Source: Pedosphaera sp. (GTDB lineage: Bacteria > Verrucomicrobiota > Verrucomicrobiia > Limisphaerales > SIBH01). Taken from it: DNA of 17,060 bases. Below, piece after piece: positions 1 to 6,957 of the stretch. A program made the position numbers and the translations under genes. Within the stretch, counting starts at the first letter, position 1. Each line of letters opens with the position of its first letter. The DNA is taken from the NCBI GenBank assembly GCA_031414955.1, contig JANOQV010000125.1, positions 1 to 17,060 on the forward strand, written 5' to 3'. The notes under the pieces were generated by a model. The model searched no databases. It had not been told where the DNA came from and worked only from the letters and a program-made list of their open reading frames with translations.

Positions 1-3000
1 GCGCGCTCCAGCCATACTGGCCCGTGCCATTCGCCTGCGGGGCCACGGTGGCGGACACGCCGTTGACCCGCACCTCGTAGCCCGCCGCCGAGATGGTTCC
101 GGTGATGGTGTCCCGGCCCCGCTCGGTGGTCAGGTTGCCCATGTTCTCCGTGTGGAGAGCTAGCGTGGCCGGGCTGCGAGTCATGTTCAGGACGTTCGTC
201 CCGCTCAAGCCCGACACTGCGGTGGCGATGACGGTGACTTGGACAGCGTTGTTCGTCAGTGGAAGGTCATCGATCCAAAAGGCGCCGGTGCGTTCGACCT
301 GACCGGACAGATCAAAGGAGTGGGTGCCGGTCGAGACGCTCGCTTTAAGCAACACGGTGGGGTCGTCCACCCGGCCCCGGATGGAAAACTTTTGCGCGCC
401 CACGGCCACGTTCGGAGCCGGCCAGTCCACCAGGATCTGCGGCGCGGTCGCGAGTGCGAGGTCGAGCACATAGACCGTTTCGTTGGTCGAGCGGTGGCCG
501 GCCAGGTCCACCGCCGTCACTTGCAGCACGTTGGTTCCCGGATGCAGGCGGACATCGAAGCACTGAAAGTCGTTGCGGGTGACACGCTGCTGGTTGACGT
601 CAAACTTTTGCTCCGTCACAAATCCCAGCCCGGTCGAAGCCACGGTGCCGTCGGTCAGGAGTGCGTAACTCACCGATTGCAACGGCTCCAGGCAATGGCC
701 CTGGAACTGAAGCAGCGGGATGGCGGTGATGTTGAGCGCCTGGGCGGCCGGGAAAATTTGCGGCGGCGTGTGGTCCTGGGCGATTTGTTCCCGCTGGGTC
801 TGAGTGATGGCCGTGGGCGTGGTGGAGGTCTCGCCGTCGTCCCAAACTCCGTTGCCGTTGGCGTCCTCCATGTAGTCGGCCAGGCCGTCGTTGTCGGTGT
901 CCCGCGCCGCGAGTTCGCCGCTGGCAAACCGGTCCGCCACCGCGTAGTGAAAACCGTAATCAACGTGGGAGTTGCCCTCCTTCACCTGATCAGGACGGGT
1001 GGTGAAATGAAATAATCCCCGCGCGCCGGCGACCGGGCCACCCAAGTCTCGCAGGGTGTTGTCGCCGAGGTAGTAGCGACCCAAGGGACCATTCGCATAC
1101 GCCAGCGTGGCCGGCTCGATGTAGCCGTCCTCCTGGAGAACATGGGTGAGACCGACGTAGGCATTTTCGTCGCCGACGAATGAGGCATCGGTAGATACCA
1201 CCGCATGGTCAAAAATGTTATACTTTGCCCGCCACGCCTCATGGCCGCTGGTCAGGCTCACCGCGCCGTCCTTGAAGGTGTTGTTGTAGCAATTGAGATA
1301 GGCGGGCGAGGCCCCGCGCAAACTCACGTTCACCGAGCGGAACAGGTTGTTGGTCCAGCCGAGGGTCTGCTGGATGCCACCGTAGAGGCTCACCTCCACC
1401 GTGCCGTTGATGAACTGGCTGTGGCTGGACTCAAAGCGGGTGAAGATGTCCGGCAGATAGAGCAGGTGGCTTTCGCCGGCCAGACTCGAGATTTCGGTGA
1501 AGCGCAGCACCATCTCGGGCTTGAACTGGTCCTCATCGCCGGTCCGCGCCAGCGTCATTCCGCGCATGGTCACGTTTTCCTGCACCTGATTGGCGCGCAG
1601 CAACCGGTTCAGCCGCGTGGGCGACCCGATGCTGATCAGCCTGCCGGGCGAGAGGGTGATAGCTTGTGAAGTATCGTTGGTGCTGAACGTGCTCGCCAGC
1701 ACCACCCCACCGCGCAGAGTCAGCGAGATGTTCTGAACGATGAGCGCCTCGGCGAGGTAATCGATGGCCGGGTAATGATAGCCCAGCGTCGTCACGTCGC
1801 GCGGCAGGATGGGCAGCAAGGTTTGATCATTCGTCACGACGCCGGTGAGCAGTGCGGGCGCGTAAGTGGTCATGGCGGCCAGGTTCTTGAGCAAGGTGGC
1901 GTCGATGGTGTTGGTGGCCCGGCCCCGATAGACACTGTTGGCCGGCAGATAATGCCCGCCGCCTCCGACCGTGACGAAGGCTACGCCTTCGGTGTCCGTC
2001 TCACCGACCTGCTCCTTGGTGATCGCCCCGGCATTGGTGGACCCGTAATCCAAGGTAATGAGCAGGCTGTTGCGCAACAGGGCCGAGGAGTTTTGCGGCT
2101 GCGCGGTGTAGCCCAAGGTGGTGCCGCGATGCACGGTGAGATGTTCGCCGCGAAAGGTGATGGCGTCGCCCGCGTAAAACCAGCCCACGTCCCGGGCCAG
2201 CGCGTTGAAGACATTGAACGTGGCCGCGCCCGCCGACCACAGCGCCACCAGGCTATCCACGAACTGCACATGCCGCGCGGTCAGGGTCACGCCGTTCTCG
2301 GTGTTGATCGGAGACCAGAGGTGCAGAAAGCGCAGGTGGCGCAGCTCGTAACTGCCGGCGGGCAGGAAAAGTCCGGCATACACCTGCTCCGGCACGCCGC
2401 TGCTGCCGGGGAGGGTTTCGCCATGCGCATCGTCGGACAGACAGGTGAACACCGCCGGGAGATAATTGGTGGTGTCGCAGACCAGGGTCGCACCGGGCTG
2501 GAGGTAGAGGCCGCCCCACTCGAACTTGATCACCGCCCCGCCCTCCAGGGTGGTGGTGCCGTAGAGCGGCACTTCCCCGCTGACGAAATACGTGGTGTCG
2601 CCCCGGAAGGTGAAATTGGTTTCGCCAGACTCATGGACCAACTGCCAGTCCAGCACGAAGACCGGGGCGATGTCCGTCCTTGTAGCAGCCGACGTGAGGA
2701 GGCTCTGAACGGACGGCGCGCGGCTCTCCGGAGCCGCAGCACCCCGGCCCGTGGCAGCGGTCGCAGGTTTTTCGCCACCCTCGCCATTTTCATGTGCTGC
2801 GGCTCTGGAGAGCCGCGCGCCGTCACCGCGCGCCGCGCGAGCGGTGGCACCAGGCGCACGCTGAATGGCCGCGCGCTCTCCCGCTGGTCCGGCGGCCCCA
2901 TTGATGGAAGCCAGCGGCGGCAACCGCCGGGTGGTCTGCGCCAGTCGCGAATAATCCCCGCCCTCCCTTCTCACCGCCGCCGTGGCCTGGTTCAAGGTGT

Positions 3001-4054
3001 TGGTGTTGAGCGGCAGCGCCTCCAGCGCGGGCCGCGCCTGCTTGTGCTCGATGGCCTCAATGAGAATGCGCCTCGACTGGATGACTTCGACCGACTTTCC
3101 CACAGGATGCGGCAGGTTGGAAAATCCATTGGTGCGCCGCGCCGTGCTGAAGGCCTTGCCGTGGGCCATCTTCATCCCGGAGAAATTCAAATCGGCATCG
3201 AGGAAATCCGGCGCGAGCATGCTGGCCAGTTTCTGCGCATTGGTTTCACGGCGGATGAATTTGGCCTGCCCCGCCGGAGCATTACCCTGCATCTGCTCGG
3301 TCAGCATCTCCAGCCGCGAGTCGGGCGAGAGTCCGAGACTGGCCGGGTCGGGCGGACGCTCATGCAGCAGCACATCGTGAGTCAGGCCCGAAGGCGTATT
3401 GCGCAGGCGAATCGAGGCTTTGATCCGCGTGAAGCAATTGCTGTAGATGATTTCATTCGAGGCGGTGAGAAAGCCCACGGCGTTGGTCACCGCATCCAAC
3501 AGCACACTGCGGCCGTCCACTGGATCGAAATAATCCAGACCCAACGGCTGGAAAGTAACCGTCTGGCCACCGGGTTGAATGACCTTGATGCCATCCCCCA
3601 GCCAGAGGTCTGCGGGTACGACGACGGAGTGCATCGTGCCCGTGGCTTCGGCACCGGAAGCAGTGAGGCGAAACGACGGATCGGCCGACACGAACTGCCC
3701 GGCGACGTTGGGCACGTTCAACCCCGCACCCAACTCGACGAAGGAGTTCGTGTAGGCATGAACTCGCCCCGTGATGGTGTTGGTGCGCAGCGTGACCGCC
3801 TGCCAGTGGGTCTGGTGGGCCGTGCGCGCGGCGGCCTGCCACGGCGTCTTGACTGGAGGTGAGAAGCGCGTGTCGGCGGCTGTCCCAACGGCGCAGGCCA
3901 GGGCCAGAACTGCGGCGGGCGCAAGGGCTGTGAGACAAGGGTTGCGGGGTGGCCCGACACGGCGCGGAGTGGGATTTGTATTCACGGTGACAGGGGTGTG
4001 GCTCGGAAGTTTCCGTTGAAAAGCGCTGCGCGACTGGATCGTCGGGGCTTTCAT
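1..4054 (-). CDS. Large exported/surface protein, 3'-truncated at window edge (>1350 aa): N-terminal domain, beta-helix-like region, TSP3-like Ca-binding motif, tandem Ig-like domains
   Basis: Manual translation of the minus strand from ATG 4054 is stop-free down to base 2. Alternative GTG start at 3985 gives MNTNPTPRRVGPPRNPCLTALAPAAVLALACAVGTAA (signal-peptide-like). Contains FVLDW...TNFTFRGDTTYFVSGEVPLYGTTTLEGGAVIKF, TNNLF/YNNTF/YNIF beta-solenoid-like strands, DTDNDGLADYMEDANGNGVWDDGET, and Ig-like segments (LHPGTNVLQVTAVDLAGH, IRGRVDDP, ITGTIS...VRVNG). The long plus-strand ORFs here are its antisense shadows. Confidence 0.9.
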   Translation of the reverse strand, partial: MKAPTIQSRSAFQRKLPSHTPVTVNTNPTPRRVGPPRNPCLTALAPAAVLALACAVGTAADTRFSPPVKTPWQAAARTAHQTHWQAVTLRTNTITGRVHAYTNSFVELGAGLNVPNVAGQFVSADPSFRLTASGAEATGTMHSVVVPADLWLGDGIKVIQPGGQTVTFQPLGLDYFDPVDGRSVLLDAVTNAVGFLTASNEIIYSNCFTRIKASIRLRNTPSGLTHDVLLHERPPDPASLGLSPDSRLEMLTEQMQGNAPAGQAKFIRRETNAQKLASMLAPDFLDADLNFSGMKMAHGKAFSTARRTNGFSNLPHPVGKSVEVIQSRRILIEAIEHKQARPALEALPLNTNTLNQATAAVRREGGDYSRLAQTTRRLPPLASINGAAGPAGERAAIQRAPGATARAARGDGARLSRAAAHENGEGGEKPATAATGRGAAAPESRAPSVQSLLTSAATRTDIAPVFVLDWQLVHESGETNFTFRGDTTYFVSGEVPLYGTTTLEGGAVIKFEWGGLYLQPGATLVCDTTNYLPAVFTCLSDDAHGETLPGSSGVPEQVYAGLFLPAGSYELRHLRFLHLWSPINTENGVTLTARHVQFVDSLVALWSAGAATFNVFNALARDVGWFYAGDAITFRGEHLTVHRGTTLGYTAQPQNSSALLRNSLLITLDYGSTNAGAITKEQVGETDTEGVAFVTVGGGGHYLPANSVYRGRATNTIDATLLKNLAAMTTYAPALLTGVVTNDQTLLPILPRDVTTLGYHYPAIDYLAEALIVQNISLTLRGGVVLASTFSTNDTSQAITLSPGRLISIGSPTRLNRLLRANQVQENVTMRGMTLARTGDEDQFKPEMVLRFTEISSLAGESHLLYLPDIFTRFESSHSQFINGTVEVSLYGGIQQTLGWTNNLFRSVNVSLRGASPAYLNCYNNTFKDGAVSLTSGHEAWRAKYNIFDHAVVSTDASFVGDENAYVGLTHVLQEDGYIEPATLAYANGPLGRYYLGDNTLRDLGGPVAGARGLFHFTTRPDQVKEGNSHVDYGFHYAVADRFASGELAARDTDNDGLADYMEDANGNGVWDDGETSTTPTAITQTQREQIAQDHTPPQIFPAAQALNITAIPLLQFQGHCLEPLQSVSYALLTDGTVASTGLGFVTEQKFDVNQQRVTRNDFQCFDVRLHPGTNVLQVTAVDLAGHRSTNETVYVLDLALATAPQILVDWPAPNVAVGAQKFSIRGRVDDPTVLLKASVSTGTHSFDLSGQVERTGAFWIDDLPLTNNAVQVTVIATAVSGLSGTNVLNMTRSPATLALHTENMGNLTTERGRDTITGTISAAGYEVRVNGVSATVAPQANGTGQYGWSA
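2712..2824. repeat. REPIN-like palindromic element (family A) inside the minus-strand CDS
   Basis: 31-bp inverted arms 2712-2742 and 2794-2824 with 1 mismatch. Each arm has an internal hairpin GCGGCTC-TCCR-GAGCCGC. 29 bp are identical to the intergenic copy at 4213-4241. Confidence 0.9.
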
Positions 4055-4063
4055 GCGCCGGAG

Positions 4064-4092
4064 TTCTTATCCTTACCTCATCTTTTGTGCAA
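4064..4092 (-). promoter_or_regulatory. Putative sigma70-like promoter for the large minus-strand gene
   Basis: Minus strand TTGCAC-17 bp-TAAGAA in a locally AT-rich patch just upstream of ATG 4054. The -10 is imperfect. Confidence 0.35.
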
Positions 4093-4144
4093 GAGAATAA
4101 TAAGAATAAACCTTACATCCACCCCCCCCAAGACACTGGCAGGT

Positions 4145-4172
4145 TTGAACGGCTTTAGACGATGGGTATAGT
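4145..4172 (+). promoter_or_regulatory. Putative sigma70-like promoter pointing into the repeat cluster
   Basis: TTGAAC-16 bp-TATAGT. Confidence 0.35.
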
Positions 4173-4212
4173 TGAGTGGGATTGGATCAGAACGTCGAAT
4201 TGAAAACTTGCC

Positions 4213-4322
4213 CGGCGCGCGGCTCTCCAGAGCCGCAGCACGTTGGATCGTCAGACACGCTGGGAACTTTTGGGCGATGCCGGCCTGCTCAAGCCGCTGC
4301 GGGTCAGGAGACCCGCGCTCCG
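4213..4322. repeat. REPIN-like element (family A), intergenic
   Basis: Left arm CGGCGCGCGGCTCTCCAGAGCCGCAGCA. Right arm (reverse complement) CGGAGCGCGGGTCTCCTGACCCGCAGC. ~54-bp spacer. Confidence 0.85.
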
Positions 4323-4373
4323 TCCGCAGTGCCTATTTTGGCCTTTGGGCTAAGGAAGCGGTGAAGAACTCGA

Positions 4374-4447
4374 CACCGCAGAGGCGGGAAGAGCGCAGAG
4401 TTTTGTTTTTGAAGGCGTTTCTCCGCGGCCTTCTGGTCTCTGCGGTG
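4374..4447. repeat. Inverted-repeat element CACCGCAGAG...CTCTGCGGTG
   Basis: Perfect 10-bp terminal inverted repeat, with further imperfect pairing (GCGCAGAG / CTCCGCG) around a T-rich loop. Confidence 0.7.
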
Positions 4448-4472
4448 CTGAATCAGTGTTTCCCTTACCCCC

Positions 4473-4553
4473 GGAGCTGCGGACCGCCGAGTCCGCAGTG
4501 GGTGTTCGGCTGGAATGTGGCTGCGATTCCAGGGAGGCAGGCTCTGCGGACTC
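4473..4553. repeat. GGAG-footed REP-like hairpin with truncated partner arm
   Basis: GGAG-CTGCGGAC-cgccga-GTCCGCAG (8-bp stem). CTGCGGACTC at 4544-4553 is the reverse complement of 4489-4498. Confidence 0.6.
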
Positions 4554-4638
4554 CCAACGGCAGGTTCATGGGTTGTGGGGCGGCGCGGCGTCGCTCTACC
4601 GGGGTAGATTCCACGACCCCAAGGCCGTGACTTGTGCT

Positions 4639-4725
4639 CCTGAACCGGACGGAGCGATGGCGTCCTCGCCGGCTTGGGGCGTGCGGATATCCAAAGCCGG
4701 CGAGACGCCGGCGCTCCAGTTCAGG
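4639..4725. repeat. GGAG-footed REP doublet
   Basis: GGAGCGATGGCGTCCTCGCCGGCTT (4651-4675) pairs with AAGCCGGCGAGACGCCGGCGCTCC (4694-4717), 2 mismatches + 1 bulge. Outer CCTGAAC/GTTCAGG extends the stem. Confidence 0.75.
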
Positions 4726-4757
4726 GATAGGTTCGCGAGCGGCAAAGGCGCCGGAGA

Positions 4758-4988
4758 TTCCGCTCTTGTCTTCAAGCCGCGAGCCTTCGCTTATAGACAA
4801 ACCAGTCGTGTCGGCGGGATTTTTTCTCTCGCCTGTAAGTTCGGGTCCATCGCTGCCAGAGCATTGGGCGTCGTCCGTGGACACGCGCCGGCTGTCTGGA
4901 GGTTTTTTTCCAAATCCTGTCGTCAGGCACGGCTTGCTTGCAGACTTGGCTGGCGAACCCACGGACAAACGCGGCCTGCTTGTGGTTT
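4758..4988. repeat. Degenerate 21-bp tandem array (~11 units)
   Basis: Cut every 21 nt from 4758, columns 9-13 read ttgtc, tcgct, gtgtc, tcgcc, tcgct, tcgtc, ctgtc, aatcc, ttgct, gaacc, ctgct. Columns 17-21 read aagcc, agaca, gggat, aagtt, agagc, ggaca, aggtt, cgtca, agact, ggaca, ggttt. Confidence 0.65.
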
Positions 4989-5120
4989 TGGCGACGTGTT
5001 TTCGGGAGGAGTGGCCGTTTTCTGGGCAGGGGCGTGGTCTGTCTTGCCGGACTTTGGTGGTGTTGCTGCATTTTTTTTACAATCCCAATCCACCGGTGGT
5101 AGGGCGGGGTGCGCGGGGCG

Positions 5121-5137
5121 CTGGCACTCCGGCTGCA
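5121..5137 (+). promoter_or_regulatory. Putative sigma54 (RpoN) -24/-12 promoter
   Basis: CTGGCAC-tccgg-CTGCA: exact GG-N10-GC spacing, close to the YTGGCAC-N5-TTGCW consensus, ~20-25 bp before ATG 5156/5162. Confidence 0.55.
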
Positions 5138-5161
5138 ATAGGTCGGGTGAAGGCAATGAGC

Positions 5162-5881
5162 ATGAAGCCATTGAAGTACAACAGCATCAGTCCGGTGTTA
5201 CGTTACAACTCGGGCCTGTTTTACGGGCAGCTCCTGCCGGAAATGAAAGGCAAAGGTATGGCGCGAGTCAGTGCAAAACTACGGAGGCTGGGCATCCTGC
5301 AACTGTTGCAGTTTCTCCAGGACCTGATCACCGCGGCCACGGGCAACTCGAACGCCCCGACGCCGAACCCGCACCTCACGGTCCTGCAAGGGCTGCTGGA
5401 TGGCGGGGTGGACAAGAACAACGCCTTCACGGCGGCCCAGGACTCCTGCATGGCGGCCTCGGCCGAACGGGAGGAACAGGTGCGGCTCATCATGGAGGGC
5501 ATCACGGCCTATGTGGGATCGATGGAGGCGTACACGCAGTTCGACGCGGTGAGGCTGCAGAGTCTGGCGCTGCCGTTGCGCAGCAGTCCGGTGCCGCCGC
5601 AACCCTGCGGCACGGTGATCAACTTGATCACCAGCACGGGCGACGATGACCAGACGATGCACGGCCGCTGGCCCCGGCAGTCCCAGGCCTGGTCCTACGA
5701 GGTGCAGATCAGCGCCGACCCGTCCACGGCGCAAAGCTGGACCCACGCCCTGACGGTGACGAGGCCGCGGGCCAAGTTGACCGGCCTGCCCAGCGGGCAG
5801 AAACGCTGGATGCGGGTGCGGGCCATCAACGACCTCGGCCCTGGCTCGTGGAGTGATCCGAGCTGCCGGATGGTCCCGTGA
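5162..5881 (+). CDS. Helical N-domain + C-terminal fibronectin type III domain protein (~239 aa; ~207 aa if started at 5258)
   Basis: C-terminal FN3 signature (GRWPRQSQAWSYEVQIS...W...LTGLPSGQKRWMRVRAINDLGPGSWSDP) after an amphipathic helical region (TGNSNAPTPNP motif). Candidate starts 5156, 5162 and 5258 (the last preceded by AAAGG). The ORF-track extension to 4634 crosses repeats and is probably not translated. No signal peptide. Confidence 0.88.
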   Translation: MKPLKYNSISPVLRYNSGLFYGQLLPEMKGKGMARVSAKLRRLGILQLLQFLQDLITAATGNSNAPTPNPHLTVLQGLLDGGVDKNNAFTAAQDSCMAASAEREEQVRLIMEGITAYVGSMEAYTQFDAVRLQSLALPLRSSPVPPQPCGTVINLITSTGDDDQTMHGRWPRQSQAWSYEVQISADPSTAQSWTHALTVTRPRAKLTGLPSGQKRWMRVRAINDLGPGSWSDPSCRMVP

Positions 5882-5888
5882 GGAAAAC

Positions 5889-6055
5889 GGTTGAGGGTTG
5901 AAGGTTGAGAGTAGAGGGTCGGAAAGCCCCGCTCGCCTTCAGCCCTCGACGCTGGTTCTTCCGAAAATTCTGAACTTTGAACTTTGAACAGGGGCGGCGG
6001 TCGCGGAGCGACCCGCTCCACCCATCTCTCAACTTTCAACTCTCAACCCTCAACC
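5889..6055. repeat. Inverted heptamer-repeat tracts enclosing a TGAACTT tract and a hairpin
   Basis: GGTTGAG-GGTTGAA-GGTTGAG-AGTAGAG from 5889 is complementary to CTCTCAACTTTCAACTCTCAACCCTCAACC at 6026-6055. TGAACTT-TGAACTT-TGAAC at ~5971-5989. Hairpin GGTCGC-gga-GCGACC at 5999-6013. Confidence 0.8.
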
Positions 6056-6065
6056 ATTTCAAATC

Positions 6066-6524
6066 ATGTTTAATCCCAACTTGCCCGCGAATCTCTCGGT
6101 GATTGATGCGGAGGAACTGCGCGAGCAGTTCAACGGACTCAAGGCACTCATCGATCTGGTGCTGCCGGTGGGCGGCGTGATCGGTTATTTGAAAAGCCTG
6201 CCCAACGCGCCCGCGCTGCCCGGCACCTGGGTCGAGTGCAACGGGCAGCCGATCAACGATGTCGGGTCGCCGTTGAACGGGCTGAACGCGCCGGACCTGA
6301 ACGGGGCGCAGGGCGGCGTGCCGGCCTTCCTGCGCGGCGCGACGACCAGCGGCGGTCTGGGCGGGACCGAGACGCATTCGCACGGGCTGGGCTTGAACAT
6401 CAACGGCGGCACGGTGCAGCAGGGCGCGGATGTGACGGTGTTTCCACCGGGGAATTACACGAGTGATCCGGCGTCGAGCCTGCCCCCGTATTATGAAGTG
6501 GTGTGGGTGCTGCGGGTGAAATGA
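6066..6524 (+). CDS. Short phage tail-collar-domain fibre protein (152 aa)
   Basis: LPVGGVIGY...PGTWVECNGQ...APDLNG...FLRG...GG.ETHSH...LPPYYEVVWVLRVK follows the collar (PF07484-like)/T4 gp12-like pattern with an HxH motif. The N-terminus FNPNLPANLSVIDAEELREQFNGLKALID is a short amphipathic helix. No signal peptide. Confidence 0.85.
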   Translation: MFNPNLPANLSVIDAEELREQFNGLKALIDLVLPVGGVIGYLKSLPNAPALPGTWVECNGQPINDVGSPLNGLNAPDLNGAQGGVPAFLRGATTSGGLGGTETHSHGLGLNINGGTVQQGADVTVFPPGNYTSDPASSLPPYYEVVWVLRVK

Positions 6525-6616
6525 GGTGGAGGGTCTCGCAGCGCGGCCGCATCTTGGGGCACCACCTCCGGGAGGGTGGAAAGTCTCCCCACCGGCCGCC
6601 TGGAAGCCGGTGTTAC
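6525..6616. repeat. Degenerate REP-like hairpins downstream of the collar gene
   Basis: GAGGTGG...CCACCTC inverted pair (6523-6529/6562-6568). CCGGCCGCCTGGAAGCCGGTGTTAC (6592-6616) resembles a decayed GTAG-type REP on the minus strand. Confidence 0.45.
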
Positions 6617-6957
6617 GTGAGCGGGTTGAAAAAAGCCGGGGTGCCAGGATTGCGGCGCTCTGGCTCTCGCCATCGCCCTGGGACTTGTGGATTCAGGTTT
6701 AAGTGCGCGCGCGGCTCCTGGCGCATGGCACAGTGAGAGCCGGGACACTGGACGGGCTCGCACGACTGAATAATGCCCGCTTGCACCACAAAAAGTTGGA
6801 CGAACCGGGGGGATTATTATTACGTTCTACGTAACTCAGCCAGACAACCGTGATACCAGCCAGTGCGATGATGACGATCCGCCCTGTCCGTGTTCATCAG
6901 TGAAAATTTGGTTAAGCAGTATCGGTTTCCTTAGTGAATAGGTCGGTCGCATCGTTT

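Noticed and set aside
93..4019. Plus-strand ORFs including 1775..3862 (695 aa), 239..1015 and 1205..1669
   Set aside because: Antisense shadows of the continuous minus-strand gene, with no recognisable motifs.
4213..4988. CRISPR array, or DGR template/variable repeat
   Set aside because: No identical direct repeats with regular spacers, no cas or reverse transcriptase gene, and no adenine-specific mismatched repeat pair was seen.
4172..5649. ORFs 4172..4630, 4456..5649 and the 4634-5155 extension of the FN3 ORF
   Set aside because: They run through REP hairpins and the 21-bp array or overlap the FN3 gene out of frame. Composition is not protein-like.
6066..6524. Prophage or contractile injection system
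   Set aside because: No capsid, sheath, baseplate, terminase or integrase gene in the window. The collar gene is an orphan here.
6727..6826. Promoter for the CotH gene (TGGCAC-N5-GAGC; TTGGAC...TATTAT)
   Set aside because: The -12 element is poor and the sigma70 spacing is off. Too weak to call.
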